Source of the DNA: Patescibacteria group bacterium
GTDB taxonomy: Bacteria; Patescibacteriota; WWE3; UBA101185; 2-01-FULL-41-18
DNA length: 64,000 nucleotides
Direction of reading: 5' to 3'
NCBI GenBank assembly: GCA_038064575.1
Contig: JBBTST010000005.1
Location: forward strand, 1,382 to 65,381
The notes beneath the pieces were generated by a model, which was not told where the DNA came from, searched no databases, and was given only the letters and a program-made list of their open reading frames with translations. The position numbers and the translations under genes are program-made. Positions 1-10,000 of this stretch are shown in pieces. Numbering within the stretch: the first letter of the stretch is position 1; each line of letters opens with the position of its first letter.

Positions 1-579
1 TAACTGTTTCTCGTCATCAACTACAGATTTTTCATCTATTCCCACGCTTCCATGAATTTCGTTTAATTTACATATCAGAGGAAATTTCAATTGTCCGCTT
101 AATATATCTGAGGCTGTGTTAAAGAGTTGATATCTGGGAACAGGCAGCCCAATTAGCTCAAGTAGTTTTTTTGTAAAATATTTATTGTGGGTTATTGATA
201 AACCTAGCATACCGGTTCCGGTGTAAGGAATTTCCAAAAGTTCAAGCAGAGCTGCAATTGTAGGTTCTAATTCTTCATGGCCTTTAACCGACTGCACTAA
301 ATTAAAAACCATATCCGGCTTTTCCACCTCCAGTATTTTGGATAGTTCATTACTTCCGGGATACACTTTTGCCCTAATGCCAATCCTTTCAATTAATTCG
401 GCTATTTTTTTAGCCTCATCAATTACACCTACTTCAGAAATAAATTGCTCTTCACTTGGAAAGTATTCCCTTTTCACTTCTGAATACAGCACTCCAACAA
501 ATTTAGGCAAATCAATTTCTTGATTGCTTATATTTGTGCTAGTTGTTTGTACTGCTGTTTGGGTAAATTTATTTTCCAT
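1..579 (-). CDS. D-Ala-D-Ala ligase-like ATP-grasp protein (3' end runs off the window)
   Basis: Manual translation from ATG at 579: MENKFTQ...KPDMVFNLVQS...LLELLEIPYTGTG...NKYFTKKLL...LKFPLICKLNEIHGSVGI, typical Ddl-family motifs. Not in the ORF track because it is truncated. Confidence 0.85.
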   Translation of the reverse strand, partial: MENKFTQTAVQTTSTNISNQEIDLPKFVGVLYSEVKREYFPSEEQFISEVGVIDEAKKIAELIERIGIRAKVYPGSNELSKILEVEKPDMVFNLVQSVKGHEELEPTIAALLELLEIPYTGTGMLGLSITHNKYFTKKLLELIGLPVPRYQLFNTASDILSGQLKFPLICKLNEIHGSVGIDEKSVVDDEKQL

Positions 580-646
580 AAACAATTGTTATAATTTTAA
601 TCTTATTGAAATTTATTTCAAGAATTTTCCACAAAAATAGTGTTAT

Positions 647-1660
647 TTATTTTTGAAATTTATATCTTTCCAACGCACTTTTAATAATTTCAGCAATCAG
701 ACTTTGATATGTACCGCCTTTTACTCTCCATGCAAGTGGAAGATAACTAATTTCTTTCTCATTTGGATTCATTCCAGGTAAACTGTTTACTTCCAAAAAG
801 TACAACTTACCATTTTTGCCCAGTCTAAAATCTATTCTGGAAGCATCTTTTATGTTTAGTTGTGAATTTATAACAAGGCAAGTTTGGTAAATTTCTTCTT
901 CCATTTTTTTTGAAATTTTGGCTGGGCAATAGTATGCATCTTCAAGTCTTTTTAAACTATCTTCATATAACCACTTTAGCTCATACCCGGCAATTTTTTT
1001 AAAACCGATTGGCAAAAAATCAAACCTTTGCTCTATAATTGGAAGAATTTGATCCCCAACACTTCCCACGGTAAATTCCCTTCCATCTATAAACTCTTCA
1101 ACCAGCAATTCCCTCACACCCTTTGTAATAAGCTCTTTAGCCCTCCTCCTAAGTTGACCATTGTTTTCAACCACATTCTTGTCAAAAATCCATTTGCTGG
1201 ATCCTTCGCAGTTTGGTTTGGCAATCAATGGAAATAAAATACCTGGCGGAATGCTAAATTTTAGATTTTTAATTAAAAAGCACTCAGGTGTGGTAACTCC
1301 CTTAGCTTTCAAAATAAGCTTAGTGTAGTATTTATTGAGAGTAATAGCGTGTGTTGTAGGGCTGGAGTGTGTGTAAGGTATGCCAAGCATCTCACAAAAA
1401 AGGGGTATCTGACTTTCTCTGGCATCACCTTTTATCCCTTCCGCTATATTAAAAACTAAATCAATTTTCTTACGGGCTTTTCTTAATTTGGCAAACGCTC
1501 TCTCATCAGCTTCAATTTTGAGCACTTTATGCCCCAACTGCTCAATAATCCCAACAATAGAGTTAATTACATACCTCGAATCAAATTCTATATCTTGTTG
1601 GCTTTTTGGGCTTAGTGACGGCGTGGATTGCTTAACATTAAAGCAGAAGGCTATAGTCAT
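647..1660 (-). CDS. D-Ala-D-Ala ligase-like ATP-grasp protein
   Basis: DLVFNIAEG, LGIPYTHS, FPLIAKPNCEGSS, LVEEFIDGREFTVG, SRIDFRL, YFLEVNSLPGM. Confidence 0.9.
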   Translation of the reverse strand: MTIAFCFNVKQSTPSLSPKSQQDIEFDSRYVINSIVGIIEQLGHKVLKIEADERAFAKLRKARKKIDLVFNIAEGIKGDARESQIPLFCEMLGIPYTHSSPTTHAITLNKYYTKLILKAKGVTTPECFLIKNLKFSIPPGILFPLIAKPNCEGSSKWIFDKNVVENNGQLRRRAKELITKGVRELLVEEFIDGREFTVGSVGDQILPIIEQRFDFLPIGFKKIAGYELKWLYEDSLKRLEDAYYCPAKISKKMEEEIYQTCLVINSQLNIKDASRIDFRLGKNGKLYFLEVNSLPGMNPNEKEISYLPLAWRVKGGTYQSLIAEIIKSALERYKFQK

Positions 1661-1743
1661 AAAGCTTAATATACAATAATTTTATTGACAGATAAACAAA
1701 AATGCCTAAAAATGAGGTCAAATTTAAAAGGGGGTGATTACTA

Positions 1744-1938
1744 GTGGATTTTTATTCAGTAAAGCATAGAAAAATGGTATCAGTTCCTGACACTGATGTT
1801 AAAAAGAAAGTTTTTCAGGTAAAAGGCAAGCCCAGATACGCAGTAGTTGCAAAATCTACTGTTGAAGGAACAGCCGTTTCCTTAACTAAGTTTGTGAGCA
1901 AAGTAGATTATGACAAATTAACAGCTCCTATGGCCTAA
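1744..1938 (+). CDS. Small basic protein, possibly Cren7/CC1/DUF5679-like nucleic-acid-binding protein
   Basis: 64 aa, Lys-rich. Strong SD (GGGGGTGA) before the GTG start and a downstream hairpin. Family call is by eye. Confidence 0.6.
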   Translation: MDFYSVKHRKMVSVPDTDVKKKVFQVKGKPRYAVVAKSTVEGTAVSLTKFVSKVDYDKLTAPMA

Positions 1939-1955
1939 CTTTAGGTTTAGGATTC

Positions 1956-1983
1956 TTCTTGCAAGTGATCTGACTTGCAAGAA
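1956..1983 (+). terminator. Hairpin downstream of the small basic protein
   Basis: Perfect 11-bp inverted repeat TTCTTGCAAGT-gatctg-ACTTGCAAGAA. Confidence 0.55.
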
Positions 1984-2045
1984 AAGGCTTAAACTTTTGA
2001 ATAGCCCTGAAGGACCCGGTTTTAATTTCTTGCTATAATTACCTT

Positions 2046-3659
2046 ATGGATGACAATATTGCCAAAAATGTGAACATTTTGATTGATGAGCTCTGCAAAC
2101 CACCGGATAAGAGCCTATTTGACAGCAAAACCAATAAAATTGAGGTCAGCTCCGCAACAAGTATGGTCTCTACTATCTACGAGCGCATCAGAAATGTAAT
2201 AGACTTCAAAGACGAACATTTCATCAGAAGATTTGCCATCCAGCGCTTTTTAAGAGTTTACCTTTCCTCAAAATCAAATCCGGAAGAAACTTCTGAGATT
2301 TTGTATAAGGACTTGCTCAGAGGAAAATATATCAATGAGTCACATGTTTCAGACAGAAGAGCAGAAGAGATCTCCCAAATACTCAAAAGATACGTTTTTG
2401 CAAAACAGACATTAAATGAACTTAGAATTTCTGATAACCAGGGAACACTGTGGGATTTTATGCTTGGTGTTGCAGCCTCAGAAATTGAAAATGTTATAGA
2501 TCCAAACTACAAACCTGAAGTTTTTATTAAGCTTATGGCCCAATACATTCTCAAAGCATTGAGAGGTTCTAATCTTGACCTTTCACCTGAACAGGAAGGT
2601 ATACATGTTTTTATAGCTTGCCACAAAGCTTTGGTCAGGTCGGATTATGCAATTTTAAGATACCACGCCCTCAGAATTTTATATCCTCAGTTCTTTGGTG
2701 TTTTTGATGAGCAAACTGTAAAGGCGGTTGTCAAGAGCCTTCCGGATACCAAAAAATATGTTGACGGCATAATAAAAAGCAGGACTCAGGAAGTGCTGTC
2801 AATCCAGGTGAGAAAGCTTGCGCCTCCTTTTAAGGTTTTGTATGGCACGCTTGAAAAAAACAAGGATCGGGTTAGTTCAATTCTATTCTCTCCCCCCTTG
2901 CTAAGAGATAAAGCAGATGAATTTATGGAATCTTATTATGTTGAGCTCAAAAAAAAATTAAGCTTAAGAATTACCAGAACCCTAATCTATCTATTCATAA
3001 CAAAAATGCTTTTGGCTATATTAATTGAGGCTCCTGTTGATTTATATATAATAAAGCACGTCAATTATATTTCACTTGCAATCAATACTTTCTTCCCTGT
3101 TTTGCTTTTTTTCTTTATAGCTAAAAAAATCACCATTCCTGGTAGAGACAATTCCAATAAAATCCATGAGCTTATTCACATGGTTGTATATGAGGATAAG
3201 CTTTTTGCATCAGATTTGGAAGAAGCCCTGTTTAGAAAAAGGTTGCACGCAAATTATAAAGATAAAAGTTGGCTTTCTCTTGTTTACGCTGCTCTCTACA
3301 TCCTTGTTTATGGATTGATTGCTGTACTTCTTAGTAAAATAGGTTTCAATGTCACAAGCATTTTCCTCTTTTACTTCTTTGTTTCGGTTTTAAGCTTTTT
3401 TGCTTGGAATATCAGAGCAAGGAGTAAAGACCTTCAAATTATTGGAAAGAGAGATAATGTAATTGAAGCTATTTTAAATGTGGTGGCTCTGCCTATATTA
3501 AAGGTTGGTCAAATACTATCAGTTGAAGTTGCCAGATTTAACTTTTTCTCTCTTGCTTTTGACCTTATTTTAGAAGCGCCTTTTAAGATAATTGTTCAAT
3601 CAATTGAAGATCTAATTGATTTTCTTAAATCAAAACATGAAGAAGTAGTAGAAAACTAA
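2046..3659 (+). CDS. Hypothetical membrane protein (large soluble N-domain, C-terminal TM helices)
   Basis: 537-aa ORF with about 4 hydrophobic segments. TGCTATAAT ends 6 nt before the ATG. Confidence 0.75.
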   Translation: MDDNIAKNVNILIDELCKPPDKSLFDSKTNKIEVSSATSMVSTIYERIRNVIDFKDEHFIRRFAIQRFLRVYLSSKSNPEETSEILYKDLLRGKYINESHVSDRRAEEISQILKRYVFAKQTLNELRISDNQGTLWDFMLGVAASEIENVIDPNYKPEVFIKLMAQYILKALRGSNLDLSPEQEGIHVFIACHKALVRSDYAILRYHALRILYPQFFGVFDEQTVKAVVKSLPDTKKYVDGIIKSRTQEVLSIQVRKLAPPFKVLYGTLEKNKDRVSSILFSPPLLRDKADEFMESYYVELKKKLSLRITRTLIYLFITKMLLAILIEAPVDLYIIKHVNYISLAINTFFPVLLFFFIAKKITIPGRDNSNKIHELIHMVVYEDKLFASDLEEALFRKRLHANYKDKSWLSLVYAALYILVYGLIAVLLSKIGFNVTSIFLFYFFVSVLSFFAWNIRARSKDLQIIGKRDNVIEAILNVVALPILKVGQILSVEVARFNFFSLAFDLILEAPFKIIVQSIEDLIDFLKSKHEEVVEN

Positions 3660-3662
3660 GCT

Positions 3663-4655
3663 TCAAACGCTCTTCTTATTTAGCATATTAACAGCAAAGT
3701 CGGTAAGAGTTCTGCCTGTTGTGGTTTTTCTTACAAGCCCTAATTTTATAAGATAAGGTTCAATAACCTCCTCAACAGTATGTTCATCTTCAGAAAGGGC
3801 AGCGGAAAGAGTACTCAGTCCTGCAGGTCCATTCTTAAATTTTTCATTTAATACCCTTAAGTATTTGATGTCCTCGCTTTCAAGTCCAAACTCATCAATT
3901 CCAAGAAAGCTCAAAATTTCATCAACAAAGCTTTTATTTAGATCTTTTTGGTGTACCTCGCTATAATCCCTCATTCTTTTGAGAATTCTGTTTGCAATTC
4001 TTGGTGTTCCCCTTGCTCTTTTGGCAATTTGCATTGCCAGGGCTTGATCAAGCTCCAACATCATTATCTTTGCGCTTCTTTTGAGAATTTTGCTTAACTC
4101 ATCATCAGTATAATAGTCAAGTCTAAAAACAGCACCAAACCTATCTCTCAAAGGGTTTGAAATGTTGCCAATTTTTGTTGTTGCTCCAACAAGAGTAAAT
4201 TTAGGCAGATCAAGTCTTACTGTTCTTGCAGATGGTCCCTTGCCAATAATTATGTCAATGGCAAAGTCCTCCATAGCAGGATAAATTGTTTCCTCAACAT
4301 TTTTTGTGAGCCTGTGGATTTCATCAATAAACAACACATCATTTTCTTCTAAATTAGTTAGTATTGAGGCAAGGTCCCCTGCTCTGGTTATAGCAGGTCC
4401 TGAAGTTATTTTAAGATTTGAGCCAATCTCATTTGCAATAATATGGGCAACCGTAGTCTTTCCAATTCCAGGAGGGCCATAAAACAGCACATGGTCCAAA
4501 TGCTCCTCCCGTTTTTTTGCAGCTTCAATCATAACAAGCAAATTATTAAGTATCTTTTTTTGCCCAACAAAATCAGTAAATTTTTTGGGTCTTAGCGTAT
4601 TGTCCGCCTCCAAAAGCTCATTTATCTTTTTTGTATCAATTTTTTCTTTTGTCAT
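3663..4655 (-). CDS. ruvB: Holliday junction branch migration helicase RuvB
   Basis: LRPKKFTDFVGQ, GPPGIGKTT, FIDEIHRL, PLRDRFG, RGTPRIANR. Confidence 0.98.
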   Translation of the reverse strand: MTKEKIDTKKINELLEADNTLRPKKFTDFVGQKKILNNLLVMIEAAKKREEHLDHVLFYGPPGIGKTTVAHIIANEIGSNLKITSGPAITRAGDLASILTNLEENDVLFIDEIHRLTKNVEETIYPAMEDFAIDIIIGKGPSARTVRLDLPKFTLVGATTKIGNISNPLRDRFGAVFRLDYYTDDELSKILKRSAKIMMLELDQALAMQIAKRARGTPRIANRILKRMRDYSEVHQKDLNKSFVDEILSFLGIDEFGLESEDIKYLRVLNEKFKNGPAGLSTLSAALSEDEHTVEEVIEPYLIKLGLVRKTTTGRTLTDFAVNMLNKKSV

Positions 4656-5202
4656 TTTTTAAACTTAATTTAATTCTTTGACTTAGAGGAAGAGTAGAAT
4701 CTATAGTCTCCCCCATTTGAGAAGCTTCTTTTTTGGTAAATCCCAGGCCCATGAGTGCATCTACAAGTTCATTATCGGTAGCATTTAGTGAAAGTTCGCT
4801 GATTTTGCCAAGTTTTGGTTGAAGTTCTAAAATTATTTTCTGTGCTAGTTTTTTCCCAATACCTGAAACTTCCGTAAAAAGCTGGGTTTGTGCCTTTTGT
4901 ATGGCTCTAACAATTTCAGAAACTCTAAAGGACTTTGTAATGTTCATAGCTGTCTTTGGCCCCACCCCTGATACACTCAGTAAATGCTCAAACATTTTCA
5001 AATCTTCTTCATTGATAAAGCCATACAAGCAGATACTATCTTCTTTTACCTCGGTGTGAATTTCAAAGTTCACACTTTCATTAATTGTAAGTGAGGAAAG
5101 AGTATCAGTTGAAATATAAACTTTATAACCAACCCCATTAACCAAAACAACAGCAAAATCATCTGTCTTCTTCAGTACTTTTCCGGAAAGGAAGGAAATC
5201 AT
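4636..5202 (-). CDS. ruvA: Holliday junction DNA-binding protein RuvA
   Basis: MISFLSGKV, VNGVGYKV, LYGF, VSGVGPKTA, GIGKKLAQKIILEL; adjacent to ruvB. Confidence 0.97.
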   Translation of the reverse strand: MISFLSGKVLKKTDDFAVVLVNGVGYKVYISTDTLSSLTINESVNFEIHTEVKEDSICLYGFINEEDLKMFEHLLSVSGVGPKTAMNITKSFRVSEIVRAIQKAQTQLFTEVSGIGKKLAQKIILELQPKLGKISELSLNATDNELVDALMGLGFTKKEASQMGETIDSTLPLSQRIKLSLKNDKRKN

Positions 5203-5226
5203 AAGTGTTTTGACTATATCAGATGC

Positions 5227-5700
5227 TTATAAGATTGAGTAGCCGGCACATAAAGCTATTGCAAGCGCATCTGAAATATCATCAGGTTTTGGTATTTGTT
5301 TAAGCCTAAGACTGCTTTTAACCATACTTTCAACCTGCTTTTTATCAGCTCTTCCATAGCCGGTAATAGCAATTTTCACTTGCAAAGGAGTATATTCAAC
5401 CACTTTTATATTATTGATAATCGCTGTCAACAAAATTGCCCCGCTTGCTCTGCCAACGCTCATGGCTGTTTTTGGATTGGTGTTAAAAAAAAGAGACTCC
5501 AGAGCTAACAAATCAGGTCTTATAATCTTGAGTTTGCTATCCAGTGCCTTGTATATCTCAAATAGTCTTTCACCAATAGCTAAGTCTTTGGCAGTTTCTA
5601 TACAAAAGTACTCCAAAGCCTTAAAGGAGGTCTTTTTTGAACCTTCAATTACCCCCACACCAACTCTTGCAGTCCCCGGATCAATGCCAACAATTTTCAT
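5227..5700 (-). CDS. ruvC: Crossover junction endodeoxyribonuclease RuvC
   Basis: IVGIDPG, LESLFFNTN, EYTPLQVK, GYGRADKKQV, PDDISDALAIA. Confidence 0.97.
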   Translation of the reverse strand: MKIVGIDPGTARVGVGVIEGSKKTSFKALEYFCIETAKDLAIGERLFEIYKALDSKLKIIRPDLLALESLFFNTNPKTAMSVGRASGAILLTAIINNIKVVEYTPLQVKIAITGYGRADKKQVESMVKSSLRLKQIPKPDDISDALAIALCAGYSIL

Positions 5701-6785
5701 GCCTTAATAGTACTATATAAGTCGGATACTCTTCTCATAAGGCTGGAATAGAAAAACAAATTATGAATTGTTGCTAGCCTTAAAGCCAGTACATCTTTAA
5801 TTCTAAACAGATGATTTATATACGCTCTGGAATAGTTTTGACATGTGTAACAGCGGCAAAAGGTGCTTATAGGGCTAAAATCCTGCTCAAACTCTTTTTT
5901 ATTTATATAAATGTATGAAAAAAAACCTCTATCCTCCAAATTTGTCAGTTTCAAAGGCTCTTCATTAAACACATAAAGCCTTTTATGCCTGGCATCTCTT
6001 GTAGGCAGCACACAGTCAAAAATTTTATAACCCATTTTTGTACACTTTGCTATTTCATGCGGAAGTCCTACTCCCAGTGCATATTTTGGCTTGTTGTGAG
6101 GAATTAGTGAGGAAACATAGTTAAGATACTCACTATCAAGCTCATTGGTTCTGGTCATTGGCCACCCTCCAAACCCAAAGCCATCAAAACCTATTTCCAA
6201 AAGTTCCTCAGCGCATCTTTTTCTTAAGTCCTTGTGAGCCCCTCCCTGTATAACCGCAAATAAGAGCGGTTTGTTTGCTAAGTTGTGTATTTGAACCTGG
6301 TCCTCAAATCTATCCTTACATCTTTTGGCCCAGGCAATAGTTCGCTCAACGCTCACCTCAATTTCCGCTCTTGAAGCATCCATCTTGGGACAATCATCAA
6401 GGCAAATCATAATATCCGAACCAATTTTAAATTGAGTATCAATACACATCTCGGGCGTAAAAGCTATTTTTGGAGAATTTGGCGCAGTTAAGTTTATTCC
6501 TTCATCTGCCATAGTGCCAAACTTTTTGTTTTTTCTGATTAAAGAAAACACTTGAAAACCCCCCGAGTCTGAAATAACAAAACCATCATAGCTCATGAAT
6601 TTTTTTATACCTCCCGCTTTAGCTAAAATGTCAGAGCCGGGTGAAAACAATAAATGATAGGTGTTTACCACAATGCCTTTAGTGCTGGTATTTTGAAGAT
6701 CCGTAGAATCTATAGTTTTTAAAACGCCTCTTGTAGCATCAGGAAAAAAGTGTGGGTTTTTGATTAAGTTTGAAATGGAAGTCAT
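5697..6785 (-). CDS. tgt: tRNA-guanine transglycosylase (divergent)
   Basis: NTYHL, SDSGGFQVFSL, LDDCP, FAVIQGG, FDCVLPTRDAR, zinc site CRCYTC...HNL. Confidence 0.92.
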   Translation of the reverse strand: MTSISNLIKNPHFFPDATRGVLKTIDSTDLQNTSTKGIVVNTYHLLFSPGSDILAKAGGIKKFMSYDGFVISDSGGFQVFSLIRKNKKFGTMADEGINLTAPNSPKIAFTPEMCIDTQFKIGSDIMICLDDCPKMDASRAEIEVSVERTIAWAKRCKDRFEDQVQIHNLANKPLLFAVIQGGAHKDLRKRCAEELLEIGFDGFGFGGWPMTRTNELDSEYLNYVSSLIPHNKPKYALGVGLPHEIAKCTKMGYKIFDCVLPTRDARHKRLYVFNEEPLKLTNLEDRGFFSYIYINKKEFEQDFSPISTFCRCYTCQNYSRAYINHLFRIKDVLALRLATIHNLFFYSSLMRRVSDLYSTIKA

Positions 6786-6864
6786 GATCGCAACTTTATA
6801 TCAGTTTTTTGTTTACTTGAAAATAATATTAGGCTTATGGGGGATAAACCTAATATAAATGAGC

Positions 6865-7095
6865 TTAGAGTTTCCTGAGTTGAGGTATTGGTACAGCGTG
6901 AGCCTGACCATGAGGATAATCAAAGCCCCTAAATTTAACTGAAACTAAATGGGCTTTTCCTCTGGTTTGTTCGTGATCCACAACCTCACCCTCTGTACCA
7001 ACCATAACGCTCCTAAAAAAATCTGAGTGTGCTATTAACTCAACCCTAGTCCCTCTTTGCAAATCCTTTTTAGAAAGCTGAACCTGGTCTGTCAT
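6865..7095 (-). CDS. Small hypothetical protein, possibly SH3-like barrel
   Basis: Likely start at ATG 7095 (MTDQVQ...) with GGAG upstream. GTRVEL...GTEGEVV...VSVKF pattern. Overlaps the sodA 3' end. Confidence 0.5.
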   Translation of the reverse strand: MTDQVQLSKKDLQRGTRVELIAHSDFFRSVMVGTEGEVVDHEQTRGKAHLVSVKFRGFDYPHGQAHAVPIPQLRKL

Positions 7096-7744
7096 CTTCT
7101 TTTTTGTGTCTCCATTTCTTTCTGGTATTTTTAGCTTGCAGGTAAAGTTCTGTTGCCTTATCCCAGTTGATAATGTTCCACCAGGAAGCAACATAATCGG
7201 CTCGTCTGTTTTGGTAATTTAGATAATAAGCGTGCTCCCACACGTCCAAACCCAGTATCACATCCTCATGATCTATCACAGGAGAGTCCTGATTGGGTGT
7301 TGATTTAACCTCTAATTCATCATTTATATCTAACACAACCCATGCCCATCCGCTTCCAAATCTACCCAGAGCCACTTTTGTAAACACTTCTTTAAAACCG
7401 TCAAAGGAGCCATATTTAGCCTTCAGCGCATCCAAAAGCACTCCATCAGGCTCTTTCTTTGCATTGGGGGTAAGCATTGCCCAAAACAAACTGTGGTTGT
7501 AGTGTCCCCCGCCATTATTTCTGACAACGGTTCTAATGTCCTCAGGCACCTCATCCAAATTAGCAAGCATTTCCATAATAGTTTTTACATGCAGCTTATG
7601 ATGAAGTGCAAGTGCATTGTTTAAATTGGTAACATAGGCATCGTGATGTTTTGTATGATGAATTTCCATGGTTTTAGCATCAATAAACGGCTCTAAAGCA
7701 CTATAATCATATGTAAGTTTAGGCAGTTCAAATCTAAAAATCAT
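7070..7744 (-). CDS. sodA: Superoxide dismutase, Mn-type signature
   Basis: [41 protein letters not shown]. Confidence 0.95.
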   Translation of the reverse strand: MIFRFELPKLTYDYSALEPFIDAKTMEIHHTKHHDAYVTNLNNALALHHKLHVKTIMEMLANLDEVPEDIRTVVRNNGGGHYNHSLFWAMLTPNAKKEPDGVLLDALKAKYGSFDGFKEVFTKVALGRFGSGWAWVVLDINDELEVKSTPNQDSPVIDHEDVILGLDVWEHAYYLNYQNRRADYVASWWNIINWDKATELYLQAKNTRKKWRHKKEDDRPGSAF

Positions 7745-7818
7745 AGTTTAAGCTTCTTATGACATTATATTTTGAAAATGAACTTTGGCAAGGAAGAAGT
7801 TTAAAAAAAGGCTCTCCC

Positions 7819-8970
7819 CTACTCTTCAACAATTTCTCCTTCAACAAGAGCCATTGTATCAAGTCCTTTTTCTTTTCGTAACTCCTCAATCTTTTTAAGG
7901 CTTCTATCAAGCATAGTTTTTCTGGTTGTAGTAAGTCCATTAAACTCTTCTTGAGTTTCTTCAATCTTCTTACCAAGTTTATCAAAGGCTTTTATATACA
8001 TTTCCCAATTCTTATAAAAGCCTGCAAGCAGCTGAATTATGTTGCTTGAGGTTTTTTCCAGATTAAAATTATCAATAGTCTGTCTTATCAAAGACAGAAT
8101 TGCATAAAGTGTAATTGGAGAACAAATCACAACTCTATTTTTAAGGGCATCGTCTAACAATGCCGAATCTGCCTCATTCAAAAATGAATAAATTTGTTCA
8201 TTGGGGATAAACACAAGCACATAATCAAGAGTCTTTTCTTGGGGATTAATATACTCCCTCCCGGTAACTGATTTGATTTGATTCCTAACATCTTTAGAAA
8301 AAGCGGTTTTATAATTTTCTCTCTCACTAGTATCTTCTGACTCTAAGTATTTCAGGTAGTTATCATACGGAAATTTAACATCCATATTTATTTTCATTCC
8401 CTGAGGGAGCAAAAATGTAAAATCAGGACGCTTAAGACTGGTATCCATTACTTTTTGTTTAATATAATTCACATTTTCAATAAATCCGGATAACCTTAAC
8501 ACATCTTCAGCCATTCTTTCACCCCAGTTTCCCCTTGATTTGGTGCCTGACAAGGCTCTTTTTAGCTCAAAGGTTGTTTCATGCAATTTGGAAGTTTCCT
8601 CAGTTGCTTTTTTTAATACATTTTGTAATTCTCCGTATTTTTCAGATCTATCTTTCTCAAGGCTGGTCATTAGGTTTTGCACTTTTTCAAGCTCCTTTTT
8701 CATGTCATCCCTCACATCACTTAAACTCTTATCTATCAATGATTTTTTTTCATCAAGTTCTTTTGTATTTTGATTTACATGGTTATAAAACTTTTCCCCG
8801 GCAATTTTGATAAATTCATCAGACGCCTTACTTAAAGCATCAAGTGATGTAGTGGACATAAAATCTTTAAGTGAATTATCAGAAGAAGGGTTTTTAAGCA
8901 GTTTTAAAAGAAGAATAGCAAACCCAAGTCCTATTAAAAACCCTATTATAAAGGCAAGTGCAAGTTCCAT
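7819..8970 (-). CDS. rmuC: DNA recombination protein RmuC
   Basis: N-terminal TM, coiled coil, RGNWGE, RPDF...LPQG...DVKFP, FIPNEQIY, CSPITL. Confidence 0.93.
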   Translation of the reverse strand: MELALAFIIGFLIGLGFAILLLKLLKNPSSDNSLKDFMSTTSLDALSKASDEFIKIAGEKFYNHVNQNTKELDEKKSLIDKSLSDVRDDMKKELEKVQNLMTSLEKDRSEKYGELQNVLKKATEETSKLHETTFELKRALSGTKSRGNWGERMAEDVLRLSGFIENVNYIKQKVMDTSLKRPDFTFLLPQGMKINMDVKFPYDNYLKYLESEDTSERENYKTAFSKDVRNQIKSVTGREYINPQEKTLDYVLVFIPNEQIYSFLNEADSALLDDALKNRVVICSPITLYAILSLIRQTIDNFNLEKTSSNIIQLLAGFYKNWEMYIKAFDKLGKKIEETQEEFNGLTTTRKTMLDRSLKKIEELRKEKGLDTMALVEGEIVEE

Positions 8971-9018
8971 GCTGTTATTTTACCAGTTTTTTTAAGTAAA
9001 TTTTTAAGTTCGGAAGGT

Positions 9019-9474
9019 TTATTTTTTCTTATCCCAATTGGCATCATTAGTGGCGCCACAAACACACTCTGTTTTCAAAAGGCTGTATTCCCCTCCCCCA
9101 CAGCCTTTGAGCGCAAGACAGGCACCAAGCATAGAAAGGGGAAGTTCCCACGTACCAAAGGGGAGCTTTGTGTGAACTAAAAAAATGGCAAAAACCATAT
9201 TAACAGCAAGTAGAAGAGCAAAGAACCGTGTATATACGCCAAGAATTATCATAAACCCGCCAATAAGTTCTAAAAAAGTTATGAAATAAGCCCAAAATAG
9301 TGGAAAAAGGAGCTTAAGATTAGTAAACATGGTTATAGTTTTTTCCATGTCTTCCAGTTTGGAATACCCATGTCTAATAAAGACAAATCCCACGGCAAGC
9401 CTTAGAGCTAATAACCCAATATTTTTCATGGTTGGAGTACAGCAATATGATTTCATATTTGGATAGTAATTCAT
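9019..9474 (-). CDS. DoxX family membrane protein
   Basis: LLALRLAVGFVFIRHGYSKL, LELIGG, G.YTR, GGGEYSL. Confidence 0.9.
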   Translation of the reverse strand: MNYYPNMKSYCCTPTMKNIGLLALRLAVGFVFIRHGYSKLEDMEKTITMFTNLKLLFPLFWAYFITFLELIGGFMIILGVYTRFFALLLAVNMVFAIFLVHTKLPFGTWELPLSMLGACLALKGCGGGEYSLLKTECVCGATNDANWDKKK

Positions 9475-9513
9475 TCTTTACAGGAATTCAAGAAGGATGA
9501 AAGGGAGGTTGCC

Positions 9514-9921
9514 CTACCCAATCATCCTTTTGATAAACACCACTCCATTCAGAACAAAAAACTTAATTCCCGTAACTGAAGCTACGGCAATTAGGTTTGA
9601 AAGCTGAAAATGAAGACCTTTGGAAGTTGCCCAATCAAAAACCCAAACGCTTAACATTCCCAGGAAAATCATAATCAGCGCAAATTTCACCATTCTTTTT
9701 CCCAGCTCTTTTGGTGTGGCTTTTCTGTCACGCCAAGTGATTAAGGAATTCACAGCAAAACTCAAAGTGTAGGTTAGACAGGCTTCTGTGCGCTTTGCCA
9801 CAGACTCATCCCATCCATACACCCCTACAAATTGAGCCATTAGTTTGTAGCTTAATATGTAGATGAAAATTCCTATCAGCAAAAACCAAAAAAGCCTCTC
9901 AAGAAGTTTTAGCCCTTTCAT
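9514..9921 (-). CDS. GtrA-like small membrane protein
   Basis: Four hydrophobic segments, SFAVNSLITWRD. Start taken at ATG 9921 with GAAGGAG upstream. Confidence 0.65.
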   Translation of the reverse strand: MKGLKLLERLFWFLLIGIFIYILSYKLMAQFVGVYGWDESVAKRTEACLTYTLSFAVNSLITWRDRKATPKELGKRMVKFALIMIFLGMLSVWVFDWATSKGLHFQLSNLIAVASVTGIKFFVLNGVVFIKRMIG

Positions 9922-10000
9922 GTCACTCTCCTTCAAGTGATTTTCAGGAATTTTACCCCAATCTTACCCTTTCTCAAAATCTGCTCTATACTTACCCAAT

